A stretch of 64,000 nt of DNA, taken from contig CAKKNE010000003.1 in the NCBI GenBank assembly GCA_918797485.1, positions 2,108,001-2,172,000 on the forward strand. The letters run 5' to 3'. Origin of the DNA: Pelagomonas calceolata (Eukaryota). The position numbers were made by a program, and so were the translations under genes. This document shows positions 10,271 to 20,165 of the stretch, one piece after another. The notes beneath the pieces were generated by a model that saw only the letters and a program-made list of their open reading frames with translations, made no database searches and was not told the origin of the DNA. Each line of letters begins with the position of its first letter. The first letter of the stretch is position 1.

Positions 10271-10459
10271 TTTCGTGCTGCGGCAGCCTTGGCTTTGTAA
10301 CCGGTAACTGGTGTGCGGGACCTCAAATCGCACAGCGGCTGGCTAAGAGCTACGAGAACACTCTTAAACGCAGCCGAATGGATGCAGGATCCGCCTCTTG
10401 TGCAAATTTGGCACCGGTATGCTTCGTGAGTCCCGTAGATGTCGAACGCCGCGAGTTAG

Positions 10460-10479
10460 CTAGCGGTGTAAGATACTAG
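10460..10479 (-). promoter_or_regulatory. CTAG-bracketed intergenic motif
   Basis: Minus strand reads ctagtatcttacaccgctag. Confidence 0.65.
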
Positions 10480-10604
10480 CAAAGCTAATATATATGTATA
10501 TCTCACTAAAAGAGAAATCCTGGGGGTACCCCGCGGCAGCAGGAGCATCCGTCCGTTGTCCGCTCCCCCAATAGTATAAAACTTAGACGGGGGACTTGTA
10601 ACAC

Positions 10605-11996
10605 TCACGCGGGCACGTGCGTCGACTCCGAGGAATTGTTCTCCTTGGGAACGGTGAGGCGGTTCCAGAGCAGCAGGATATATAGGATTGCGGCCGCGTC
10701 GATGGCCACGAGCCAAATCGCGAAGGCGTCGCCCGGCGGCAGGTATCCCGCGACCGTCGCACCGGTCCCGCGCCCGAGCATGTAAGCGCCTGCATTGCAT
10801 GCCATCACGTACGAGCGGTGAATAGGCGGGGGCTGCTTCGAGACCAGCGCCCAGCCGAAGCCCTGCGAGGACATCGACGCGTGAATCTCGGGACGACGTC
10901 GCGGCGATGGCGTGTTTAAGTTCGGACGCGGCCGCTGCGCCTTCGCGAATTGCGCCCCGATGAGGAACACCACGGCACCGACGCCGTAGACGACGGCGCG
11001 CGACGCGATGTTGAGCTTGTAGCTCCAGAAGAACACCGTTCCCGCAATCATCGCGCCGAAGAACAGGAGACAGCCCCGGCGGTCCTCAACGTAGTTGCTG
11101 ACGGGCAAGAGTCCCGTCGGCGCCGCGACGACGTTCAGACCACCGAGGTAGAGCGCGGTCGCGACGACGGACCAGCCGAAGCGCGTTTCGGCTAACATCG
11201 CGGTATGGACCTCCCAGGACCCGACGTTCAGGGGCACCGCGAAGACGATCGGCAGGATCGGCAATATACGGTCCCACGGGATCCCCGTCTGCGCCGGCGA
11301 CGGCGCGCCTCCCAAAGCATTGGGCTTCTTCGCGACCGGCGGCTCGACCATGAAAGTCTGGAGTAGAACAGCGACGACAACGGCAAAAACGGCCCAGAGC
11401 CAGCCCGGCGACGTATATTTATTGAATACCTTGCCGTCGCAGTCGAGGCTCGAGCAAATCGCGTACAGCGCGCCGCCGATGAAAGGACCGATGCCGTAGC
11501 CGAGCCCGACCGAGAGCGAGACGTACTGCATGTAGTGCGAGCGCAGTTCCGTGGACGTGGACCGCGCGACGTACGTGCTCAGCCACGTGGGGCCGCCGGC
11601 GAGGCCCGTGATCACGCGAGCGACCATGATCGTGGCTAAACTTCCCGAGAGGTCGCCGAGCGCATAGAGGATCCATCCGACGAAATTGAAGCCGCAGAGC
11701 GCCAGCATGAGCGTCTTCAATCGATAGTGCTTCAGCGGGTAGCCCAGAAACGGCTGCATAAGGCCGGTGCCTAAGGCCGTGATACCAACAAGCCAGCCGG
11801 CGGTACTCGCGGACCCGCCGACGGCCTTGACGTACATCGTGGCCGTCGGAATGATCGCCGTGAAGCCGCCCACTTGCATGACGCCCTGTAGAAGCACGAC
11901 TAGAAGGGAGCTCGTGGGCGGCCGCTTCTCCTTCTTGTTTGGCTTGATGGCCTCCAGGTCCTTGAGGTCTGTCGACCCATAATCAGCAGTAATCAT
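10605..11996 (-). CDS. MFS transporter (MFSD8-like); probable in-frame GC-AG intron 10940-10863
   Basis: About 12 TM helices; ARVITGLAGG and GYGIGPFIGG; a hydrophilic 26-aa insert bounded by AG|GC...CAG|G. Confidence 0.85.
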   Translation of the reverse strand: MITADYGSTDLKDLEAIKPNKKEKRPPTSSLLVVLLQGVMQVGGFTAIIPTATMYVKAVGGSASTAGWLVGITALGTGLMQPFLGYPLKHYRLKTLMLALCGFNFVGWILYALGDLSGSLATIMVARVITGLAGGPTWLSTYVARSTSTELRSHYMQYVSLSVGLGYGIGPFIGGALYAICSSLDCDGKVFNKYTSPGWLWAVFAVVVAVLLQTFMVEPPVAKKPNALGGAPSPAQTGIPWDRILPILPIVFAVPLNVGSWEVHTAMLAETRFGWSVVATALYLGGLNVVAAPTGLLPVSNYVEDRRGCLLFFGAMIAGTVFFWSYKLNIASRAVVYGVGAVVFLIGAQFAKAQRPRPNLNTPSPRRRPEIHASMSSQGFGWALVSKQPPPIHRSYVMACNAGAYMLGRGTGATVAGYLPPGDAFAIWLVAIDAAAILYILLLWNRLTVPKENNSSESTHVPA

Positions 11997-12123
11997 CTCA
12001 GGTCTTTCAAGAGCCTAGCTCACTCGTGAGTTCACTGATTGAGGTCGCTTTTACAGGGTGAAACGCAACTAACAATCAAGTTGAAGGAAGCGCTCCGGAG
12101 TGTTCCAATCTCTGTCGATAATG

Positions 12124-12145
12124 CTAGTGTCTTACAGGCCGCTAG
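12124..12145 (+). promoter_or_regulatory. CTAG-bracketed intergenic motif
   Basis: ctagtgtcttacaggccgctag. Confidence 0.7.
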
Positions 12146-12304
12146 CAAGCGCCGTGGCCAAGCAACTGCGCGCGTAGCCATGCCCTGTTAGTTTTGCTGA
12201 GGGGACGAAACTACTGCAAGACGTCAGTTGCAGCACTGCTGCAAGTTCTAGCACGCGTGCGCCCGAAATAGAGTACGGAGAGCATTGCACTGCTGAGCAC
12301 GGTG

Positions 12305-12943
12305 ATGCGTGCGCTCTTCCTGCTGTGCTGCGGAGCTGCCGCGAGCGCAGCGGTCACCGAACCGCGCGTCCTCCTCAAACTCAGCCCGCTCATCGGCGGC
12401 CCGAAGCTGCTCCGCGTCCACAGCCAGTTATTCGTCGACTCGGGCGCGGGCATTGACGGCTGGGACTTCGTACCAAAGGACGCGACGGCACCTGCCACCC
12501 TCGCGCGGCTCCTGACGCTGCGCGCGGCGCCCGGCGACGCTAGGCGTCTCGTGGCGAATGATGGTGTAGGCATGTACGACGTCGGCGCGGCGGCCGCGGC
12601 ATCATCAGACGCCATCGACGCCGCCCTCGCCGAGCGGCCGACGGACCTGCATCTCATTTCGAACAACTGCTGGAGCCACACGATCGACGCCGCGGCCGCG
12701 GCGCTCGGCACGGACCGAGGCGGGGCCGTTCGAGCGCTCGTCGGCGCCGTGCTAAGGCGGCGACCCTGGCGGCCAGTAGCGCGACCGCCGATTGAGCGCG
12801 ATTCCGTCGCGGAAGCGCTCGCCGCGGAAAAGTCGAAACGCTACGGGACCTCGCTGGCGGGACTTTTCTCCGAAGAGGACCGTGCTCGCGCCGGGGCATC
12901 GATCAAAGCGGCGCTCGCCGACGAGGCCGAGCCCCCCGGTTAA
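12305..12943 (+). CDS. Signal-peptide protein, possibly permuted papain-like (PPPDE/LRAT-like) fold
   Basis: Signal peptide; His motif (RVHSQL) followed by LHLISNNCWSH. Confidence 0.5.
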   Translation: MRALFLLCCGAAASAAVTEPRVLLKLSPLIGGPKLLRVHSQLFVDSGAGIDGWDFVPKDATAPATLARLLTLRAAPGDARRLVANDGVGMYDVGAAAAASSDAIDAALAERPTDLHLISNNCWSHTIDAAAAALGTDRGGAVRALVGAVLRRRPWRPVARPPIERDSVAEALAAEKSKRYGTSLAGLFSEEDRARAGASIKAALADEAEPPG

Positions 12944-13086
12944 GCGTTTCTAGAGAATCATTAGTACTACACAGCGGTCTAGATGCCGAGTTTGGCCATG
13001 ATTTTGCCGACGAGGCCGAGCCCCCAGGATAAGTTTCTAGAGTTACTACACAGCGGCCGCTAGATGCCGAGTTTGGCCATGATTTT
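12917..13086. repeat. Tandem duplication (89 + 81 bp) of a convergent gene junction
   Basis: gccgacgaggccgagccccc...ctagatgccgagtttggccatgatttt at 12917-13005 and 13006-13086. Confidence 0.9.
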
Positions 13087-13797
13087 GTCGAGCTTGGCCT
13101 CGATCGCCGAGAGGCGCGCCTCGACGCCCGCGGCGCCGTTCGTCGCAGAGGAGGACGGCGCCGCCCGTTGGGGCATGGCCGGCGCCGCCGCGGCCGCCCG
13201 CGGCATGACCGGCGGCGGCGACGCAGCTTTTGGCTCGGGCTTTTTCCACGACGGCGCGGCCGCGGGCGCCGGCGCAGGTTTAGGCTTTGGCTTCGGCGCG
13301 GCGCCGCCGCCCGCCGCGGCCTTCTTGGCCGCGGCCTCGCGGTTGCGGCGCATGATCTCCTTGAAGCCGCCGCCGCCGCCGCCGCCACCACCGGCCATCA
13401 TCGCGCTCAGCTGGCCCGCCACGCCGCCGCCGCCGCCTCCCGAGGGTGCCCGCGCGCCGCCGCCGCCGCCGCCACCAGAAACGACCTTGCCCGCGGGGCC
13501 TCTTTCGGGAGGCGGCCCTACTTTTTTCAGAGCCTTGCCCTTCTGGATGTCCCCCAGCAGCCCGCCCATGCCGCCGCCCGCGGGCATCTTCGGCCGCGCG
13601 GCCGCGACGGGCGCCGCGGATCGAACAGCGGCGGCCTTCGGCGCGGCGGCCCGCGGCGCCGGCTTGGGCGCCGCCTTCGGGGCCTCGGGCTTGTCCCACG
13701 TCGTCTCCTCCCGGCCCTCGTGGTAATAGTACCACTCGCCCTCGTCGGTCTGGAATGCCTCCCAGCCGGGGAGGAGGTTCTTGTCCTCGCCGGCCAT
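13060..13797 (-). CDS. WW + WH2 + C-terminal coiled-coil protein (VASP/EVH2-like actin regulator)
   Basis: WW LPGWEAFQTDEGEWYYYH..TTWDKP; WH2 LLGDIQKGKALKKV; terminal heptads VEARLSAIEAKLDKI. Confidence 0.8.
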   Translation of the reverse strand: MAGEDKNLLPGWEAFQTDEGEWYYYHEGREETTWDKPEAPKAAPKPAPRAAAPKAAAVRSAAPVAAARPKMPAGGGMGGLLGDIQKGKALKKVGPPPERGPAGKVVSGGGGGGGARAPSGGGGGGVAGQLSAMMAGGGGGGGGGFKEIMRRNREAAAKKAAAGGGAAPKPKPKPAPAPAAAPSWKKPEPKAASPPPVMPRAAAAAPAMPQRAAPSSSATNGAAGVEARLSAIEAKLDKIMAKLGI

Positions 13798-14659
13798 GGT
13801 TACTCCCTCGCGTTTTTGCGCGCGTCGGGCTTAAAGTTACGCGTCGGCGTTTACGCGTCGGCGTATAGAGTTTGGATGAGCCTGGGAGAGACCTCCTCGG
13901 CTTTTGCTGTAGAGCCGCGTTACAGCAAAGAAATTGCAAGCGCGCCAAACTATGGCTGCGCCAGCAACTCAACGAAGATTATTGCTGCGTTGGCGTTGCG
14001 TGCTCGGCAAGCAGTCGCAGCGCAAAGGCTTGGCAGCCAAGCCTCTGCGAAATGCGGCTCCGTGGGACACGTTTTTAGCCCTAGCACGACACGTTCAGCG
14101 GTGCTTGAGACGAATGGCAAGGAGACATCGCACATTTTGTTAACGTGCGGGTATTTTTGATCAAAACACGGGTCTCCGTGCCCGCCTGGGGTTTTGGGGC
14201 GCGCGAGCAGCCATCTCGTTGACGACAGGTCCCGAATTGGCGGCTAGTGGTCATGCCACTTCGAACACCACGTTTTGGGCGGAGCGGCAAATTGTCCCTG
14301 CTTCACGCGACTAAACACGTGCATACAGCGTCTCACAGCCCTCAGCCTCTCCGCACAGCCTCCGAGACCCCAACCTGCAAACGTGGTCGCAGCTGATGCG
14401 CCCATTGCTGCATAAATCCACATGGGCGATTGGCAAAGAACCGCCCAGGGCGGGCGGGAGCGCCTAGCGCACCGCGCTACCGGCAGAGCACGCGGACTTC
14501 GCTCGCTCCCAGTACCCCAATCCACACTCGCTGACCGGCCGCTCCCAGCAAAAATTGGCCGACCCGGCCGCCCCTCCCGATACCTTCCGCGACCTGAGAC
14601 CCTTTCCCGGGGAGCGCGCCCTCACCGCCCCGCCCCGCGCGCAGACAACAAAAACAACG

Positions 14660-15982
14660 ATGACGTGCAACACCAAGCTCATACTCTGCGCCGCCGTGCT
14701 CCCCGCCATATCGTCGCTCGCGATCGGGGGCCGGCGGCTCCGCAAGAACATCAAGATGCCCGACCCGGTGCCCCGCGAGGGCATCGACGAGGTCATCAAG
14801 ACCATGGAGTCGGGCAAGCTCTTTAGATACAACGTCGCGTCGAAGGAGGAGTCGCAAGTTTCCCTCGTGGAGAAGGAGTTCTCGGACTTCACGGGCCACA
14901 AGTTCGCCGTCGGCCTCAACTCGTGCGGCAGCGCCATCTTCCTCATGCTCAAGTGCGCCGGCGCGCAGCACGGCGACAAGGTGCTGACGAACGGCTTCAC
15001 GTTCACGGCCGTGCCGTCGGCCATCGTCCACGCGGGCTGCGACCCCGTCTACGTCGAGACGACGCCGGGCTACGTGGTGGACGTCGCCGACCTCGAGAAG
15101 AAGATGGACGCGAACCCGGACTGCAAGTACTTTATTGTGTCGCACATGCGCGGCAAGTTGGCGAGCATGGACGCGATCAAGAAGTTGTGCGACGCCAAGG
15201 GCGTCGAGTTACTGGAAGATTGTGCTCATTCCCTGGGCGTGTTGTGGAACGGCGGCCACTCGGGCCACCACGGCACGATGGCGGCCTTCTCCTCCCAAAG
15301 CTACAAGATGCTCAACTCCGGCGAGGGGGGCTTCTTCGTCACGGACGACGACTACGCGGCCGCGAGATGTATGGCCTACGCCGGCGCCTACGAGGCCCTG
15401 GCGGACAAGCACTACTGCCGCCCCTGCGACGCGGCGCTGGCCAAGGTCATGGACGGCAGCATCCCGAACTTCTCGCTGCGCATGCACGAGGGCACGGCGG
15501 CCATGCTCCGCCCCCAGATCAAGACGATCGAGGCGCGCCGCGCGGAGTACAACGAGCGCTACTACCGCATCGCGGCCCAGCTCAACGCGCTGCCGGGCTG
15601 CTCCGTCGAGGACCAGCTCCCGCAAGTTACCATTGTTGGGGATTCGGTCCAGTTCAACGTCGAGGCCACGGCACTCGGTGACGACTTAGACGCCGGCGCC
15701 GACGCCTTCCTGGCCAAGTGCGCCGCGCGCGGCCTGCCGGTCGAGCGCTTCGGCTCGGGCAGCAACGCGAGGAATTTCAAGAACTGGAAGTACGCCAAGG
15801 CGCCGGAGTGCGGTTTACCGGTCACGGCGGACATCATCTCGCGCGCCTTCGACGTCCGCTTACCCCTGTTATTCGAGGAGGAGGATTTTGAGATCATGGT
15901 CGAGATCATCCAGGAGTCGCTCGCCGAGGTCGCCGCCGGCGAGCTCGAGGTGAAGGAGCAGGAGGTCGCCTACGCCCGCTAA
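14660..15982 (+). CDS. DegT/DnrJ/EryC1/StrS-family PLP-dependent aminotransferase with N-terminal presequence
   Basis: NSCGSAI, FTFTAVPSAI, LEDCAH and FSSQSYKMLNSGEGG motifs. Confidence 0.9.
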   Translation: MTCNTKLILCAAVLPAISSLAIGGRRLRKNIKMPDPVPREGIDEVIKTMESGKLFRYNVASKEESQVSLVEKEFSDFTGHKFAVGLNSCGSAIFLMLKCAGAQHGDKVLTNGFTFTAVPSAIVHAGCDPVYVETTPGYVVDVADLEKKMDANPDCKYFIVSHMRGKLASMDAIKKLCDAKGVELLEDCAHSLGVLWNGGHSGHHGTMAAFSSQSYKMLNSGEGGFFVTDDDYAAARCMAYAGAYEALADKHYCRPCDAALAKVMDGSIPNFSLRMHEGTAAMLRPQIKTIEARRAEYNERYYRIAAQLNALPGCSVEDQLPQVTIVGDSVQFNVEATALGDDLDAGADAFLAKCAARGLPVERFGSGSNARNFKNWKYAKAPECGLPVTADIISRAFDVRLPLLFEEEDFEIMVEIIQESLAEVAAGELEVKEQEVAYAR

Positions 15983-16079
15983 ATCGTTCGTTTGGCCGGC
16001 GCAAGCATCACCGGCTTCTTCCCCGTCTGTGCTCACGGACGCGCTCGTTCCGCTCCGTACCCCCCCTCCGCTCGCCCGC

Positions 16080-16123
16080 CGCCGCCGTCGACCCGCCCGC
16101 GAGGGCGACTGTCGACGGCGGCG
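16080..16123 (+). other. GC-rich hairpin downstream of the aminotransferase (probable 3' UTR)
   Basis: 13-bp arms cgccgccgtcgac / gtcgacggcggcg enclose cgccc-GCGA-gggcg. Confidence 0.6.
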
Positions 16124-16427
16124 CGCGTGGATGGCCGTAGTTTAAACAGTAGTAGTTGATGAATCTTGGACTACTACTCCTGTCCCCGTGGGCTTCTGCG
16201 GCGACGGCGTTTTGTCGGCTTGTTCCCCGTTCGCGGATGTCCGCGCCGCCGCGTCGGCGTGGAGCATATAAGTTCGTATAGCGCGCGGTACACCGTCTTC
16301 ATAAATTTATTGCGGTTCGGTCTTAACGGGTGATATTTAGGTGAAATTATATCCGCGTGCATGGGGCGGTGTCCCCAGAGAGCGTGGTATTTTTACCTAT
16401 ATGTTTAGACATATAGACACTTTATGG

Positions 16428-16446
16428 CTAGGTGTAGACACACTAG
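16428..16446 (-). promoter_or_regulatory. CTAG-bracketed intergenic motif
   Basis: Minus strand reads ctagtgtgtctacacctag. Confidence 0.6.
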
Positions 16447-16708
16447 CGTTCGCGCGGCCGCGGCGCCGCGTGGAGATTCGTCTCGGGCAGGCGCTCGTTG
16501 CGCGTCTCAGAGTAAACGAAGTATCAGCAATTTATAGCATCTGTGTATAGCGTTCGCGCCAGCGCGCCGGAGACAGCGTGCGCCGAGTTAAGCGCCAGCA
16601 TTTTAGCGCGGTATAAAAAAGCACATCGCTTCGCGCAACAAGCGACCGGGAGACGCTCTCCGAGTAAACGCAGTATTAGCTCGGTATAACAGCCGTATAT
16701 AAACAACC

Positions 16709-17629
16709 ATGTCGACGGCCCTACACCAGCTCACCATCAGCGAGATCTCATGTCGCAATTTAAGGAGCGCCGACATGTTCGGCAAGAACGACGTCTACGT
16801 CGTCTTCCGCGTGGGCACGAAAAAAGTGAAGACGCACCACATAAAAAATGCGGGCAAGCACGCGTCCTTCGACGAGATCCTCACGATGAACCTCGAGGAT
16901 CACGACCTCGAGCACGGTATTGATGTCGGGGCCTACGACTACGACGTGGGGTCGTCGGACGATTTGTTGGGCCAGGGCAAGCTCGTGAACTTGTTGGCTC
17001 TCAAGCGCACGCCGAACCAGCCGCGCCAGTTCAAGGAGCCGTTCAAGTACAAGGGCAAAGGTCGGGGCGAGTTCTCGTGCGTGCTCACGTTGAGGGTGGG
17101 CGGCGTGGCCGGGACGTCGCCGCTGGGGGCGGCCGGCGGCAAGGTGTTTGCGCAGGCGATGGGGACGCCAGCGGCGCCGCCGCCGCCCGCGTACGTCGCG
17201 CCGCCCGCGCCGCCGCCCGTGCCCGCGGCGCCGCCCGCGCCGCCGCCGGTCCAGCCCGGGTTCATGGTCGTCACGTGCCCGGCGAACGCGCGCGGCGGGC
17301 TCCAGGTCGTCGTCCAGGCGCCGGACGGCCAGCAGCTCCAGGTCCAGATTCCGCCAGGCGTCGGGCCCGGCGGCCAATTCCGCGTGCCCCTGCCGCCGCC
17401 GCGCGCCCCGCAGCCCCAGGCCGTGGCCTACGCCCAGCCGCAAATGGTTCAGCCGCAGCCGGTCCAGTACGCGCCGCAGCCGGTCTACGCGGCGCAACCG
17501 GCCTACGCGCCGCAACCGGGTTACGCACCGCAGATGGGCCAGGCCGTCGCACCGCAGCCGGTCTACACGCCGCAGATGGGCCAGCCGCAGTACGGCCAGC
17601 CGCAGATGGGCCAGCCCTACTACCGCTGA
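16709..17629 (+). CDS. C2-domain protein with Pro/Gln/Tyr-rich tail
   Basis: C2 motifs NLRSADMFGKNDVYV and YDYDVGSSDDLLG; (Y)APQP repeats. Confidence 0.85.
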   Translation: MSTALHQLTISEISCRNLRSADMFGKNDVYVVFRVGTKKVKTHHIKNAGKHASFDEILTMNLEDHDLEHGIDVGAYDYDVGSSDDLLGQGKLVNLLALKRTPNQPRQFKEPFKYKGKGRGEFSCVLTLRVGGVAGTSPLGAAGGKVFAQAMGTPAAPPPPAYVAPPAPPPVPAAPPAPPPVQPGFMVVTCPANARGGLQVVVQAPDGQQLQVQIPPGVGPGGQFRVPLPPPRAPQPQAVAYAQPQMVQPQPVQYAPQPVYAAQPAYAPQPGYAPQMGQAVAPQPVYTPQMGQPQYGQPQMGQPYYR

Positions 17630-17674
17630 GCGACGCGACCCTCGCTAGTAAGGGAAGTTTTGAAGTACATACTC

Positions 17675-18687
17675 TTAGCCCAGCGCCGCGAGCCGCTCCC
17701 GCAGCTCGGGCACCGTCGGCTCGGCGCCCTTGGCGTTGACGCATGTGAAGTCCATGTTCTGCGCGCTGCCCGTCTCGAGCGCCTGGGCGATGACCTCGGC
17801 CAGCGTCGACCTGTGTGGAATCAAAATTTCACGGTGCTGATACGTCGCGTCGGCACCCGACGCACTGGTTGATTCCACACAGGCGTCGACCGGAGCGTGC
17901 CGAGCTGGGGGTCGTCGTTCAGCGTCACGTCGCCGCGGCCCAATAAAACGTCGCGCTCGTCTGCGTCCTTGTCCAGCTGGAAGAGCGTCCCCAGGTACAC
18001 GTTGTTGTCGTAGGGCCCGCCGAACAGTTGCCCCGGCCGCACGAACGTGTAGGCGTAGCCGCTTTTCTCCGCGTCGGCCTTGATCGCGGCCTCGGCCGAA
18101 GCCTTGGCCGTCAGGACGCCGCATGCGTTGAGGATGGGGTAGGGCATCTCGTCGCGCCGCACGACGCCGACGCTCGAGAGCAGCACGAGGCGGTCTCTAT
18201 TTGATCCGGCGGAGCTGTACCACGCCTCCAGCAACGTCTTCGTGCACGTCTCGTCGACGGTCGCGGGCGTGTTGTAGCCGCGCTCCGTCAGGAGGTCGAT
18301 GGCCTTAAATCGGTCGCCCTTCGCTTCGAACAGGGCTTGCAACACGGGAAAGGTGACGTCGTCTCTTCCTGTTTCAGACCAGGCCTTCGTCGGGAACGCT
18401 GTGGTGCCGGTGCAGACGACCAAGCCCGCAGCACCATCAAGCGCCTTGGCCAAGCTCGCGGTCGGCCCGTCTCGCAGATCACATTCGTGCAGCTCGACGT
18501 CCGGCAAAAAGCTGCGCGCTCGCGCTGCGGACCGCACGACGCCTCTCACTTTGAACGTCTCACTCAATCGCAGCGCTACGAGCTTGCCCACATTCCCTGA
18601 GGCTCCAATGACTGTCACAGTGCTGCCTGGTGCGAGAGCGGCTGCCGGAGCGCTGAGCGCCAGCAGTGCGAGGACGAGCGCTGCCAT
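17675..18687 (-). CDS. NAD(P)-binding Rossmann protein (atypical SDR, Tic62/Ycf39-like), likely plastid-targeted; intron 17890-17811
   Basis: GASGNVG, CTGTTAFP and VRPGQL; spliced join GTLR|STLAEV is in frame. Confidence 0.85.
17811..17890 (-). mobile_element. Introner family A (80-bp intron)
   Basis: TSD gcgtcgac at 17803 and 17883; TIRs ctgtgtggaatcaa / ttgattccacacag. Confidence 0.9.
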
Positions 18688-18822
18688 TGACACCTGTTAT
18701 CGATGCGAAGGAGCGGCTCGGACGCGAGCCACGATGAATCTCGATGCAACTCAATGCAACCAGGGAGCGAGCACGATGGATAAGGGCGGATATCGAGCGC
18801 AGGAAGCAGGCTGGCGTGCTTG

Positions 18823-18842
18823 CTAGTGTCTTACCGCGCTAG
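18823..18842 (+). promoter_or_regulatory. CTAG-bracketed intergenic motif
   Basis: ctagtgtcttaccgcgctag. Confidence 0.7.
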
Positions 18843-19102
18843 CCCGGAACACAGTGCCTCTGCGATGTGTCCCCAGACCAGGCGAGCTTTGGTTTGCGAT
18901 ATAGGAGGCAGACGAGGAGCCCCAAAAACCGAGTCTTGAGCATCTCTGAGCTGGGCTTTATTGGCTTTAATTCGGCCCTAACACAGCCATACGTTGTGGC
19001 TTCAGCGCAAAACGCCACGGTTTATAGTTAAAAACCAGCTGCCGAGCAGTGTTGCACCAGTTTCGCGCAGTTGGCGCTGCAACAAAGCTGACAGCTAGGA
19101 CC

Positions 19103-19732
19103 ATGGCGCCTCTGGCACGACGACTCTTGGCCTTGACGGCATGCACCACTCTTGCCGCGGCCCTGGCGCCGTCGGGCCTTGGCGCCGCACCAAAGCGCCA
19201 GCTCACGCACGCGCGACGGCACCGCGCGCCGACGCGCGGCATGATGCAGATGAAGCGCAAGGGCAAATCCGGCATGGGCAAGGGCATGGGCCCGCCGAGC
19301 GCCATGGTCGAGCAGCAGCGCCAGTACGCCGAGTACCAGAAGCAGCGCGAGGCGTCGGGCCTGCCGTCCTTTGATTTATATGTGAAGGGCCCGAACTCGC
19401 CGACGTGGTACCCCGCCGGCTCGCTCGGCGGCGACGAGCGGTCCAAGGACCTCATCGAGTCCTACATGACGGACTGGACCAAGGGCTTCGCCAAGGGCGG
19501 CATCGACCGCGGCGTCGCGTCCTCCTTATTCCCCGAAAAAGCCAAGTTCGTCGCGCAGTGCCTCGCGACCTACCCCCAGCTCAAGAAGGCCAAGGACGCG
19601 CTCAAGTTCGGCTACAAGGTGTCCTACCCGGGCCTGCTCGAGAAGCGGCCGGAAGCCAAGGAGGTCACGGAGCTCTCCGAGGACATGCAGGACAACGCCT
19701 TCGAGAAGATGAAGAAGAACATGGGCTTCTAG
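19103..19732 (+). CDS. HHL1-like plastid protein
   Basis: Bipartite-type presequence; GLPSFDLYV..WYPAGS and YPQL..LKFGYKV resemble the HHL1 family (recalled, not searched). Confidence 0.65.
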   Translation: MAPLARRLLALTACTTLAAALAPSGLGAAPKRQLTHARRHRAPTRGMMQMKRKGKSGMGKGMGPPSAMVEQQRQYAEYQKQREASGLPSFDLYVKGPNSPTWYPAGSLGGDERSKDLIESYMTDWTKGFAKGGIDRGVASSLFPEKAKFVAQCLATYPQLKKAKDALKFGYKVSYPGLLEKRPEAKEVTELSEDMQDNAFEKMKKNMGF

Positions 19733-19956
19733 GCGCCGTGTTCTCTAAGCGTGTGTGGAGGCTATTGCTCGACGGCGTGGGGGCGTCTAGTGGGGGCGGG
19801 GGCCTAGCCGCCTCCGAGTCGGTCGCGTGAGTGAATGAGAACAGAACCTTGCGGCTCCGGGCATTCGCAGATCCGCCTCGTTAGAGAAACATTACTGGGT
19901 CCTCAAATTCAGAACCATAGAATGAATCTCAGACGGCAGCGTCGCGTTTTTTGTTG

Positions 19957-19979
19957 CTAGTGTCTTAACATGCCGCTAG
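19957..19979 (+). promoter_or_regulatory. CTAG-bracketed intergenic motif
   Basis: ctagtgtcttaacatgccgctag. Confidence 0.7.
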
Positions 19980-20165
19980 CACGATTATTTTTTTCACGTT
20001 TAGCAAGTGCGCACCTCTTTTTTGGCCTGCATATCGCGCCGCGCCGCGCGTAGCAGTCTACGACTTGATCCAGCGAGCTGCGCCACCCCTTGTGGCGCTG
20101 CACGAACGCGAGAGAAGCGCCCGCTCTTGGCAAATTGCGTTACACCCGAAAGCACCAAAAAAACG

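Noticed and set aside
13837..13864. 14-bp direct repeat ttacgcgtcggcgt x2; also gcgtttgaggac x2 at 36007-36032
   Set aside because: Real, but most simply local slippage duplications with no further structure.
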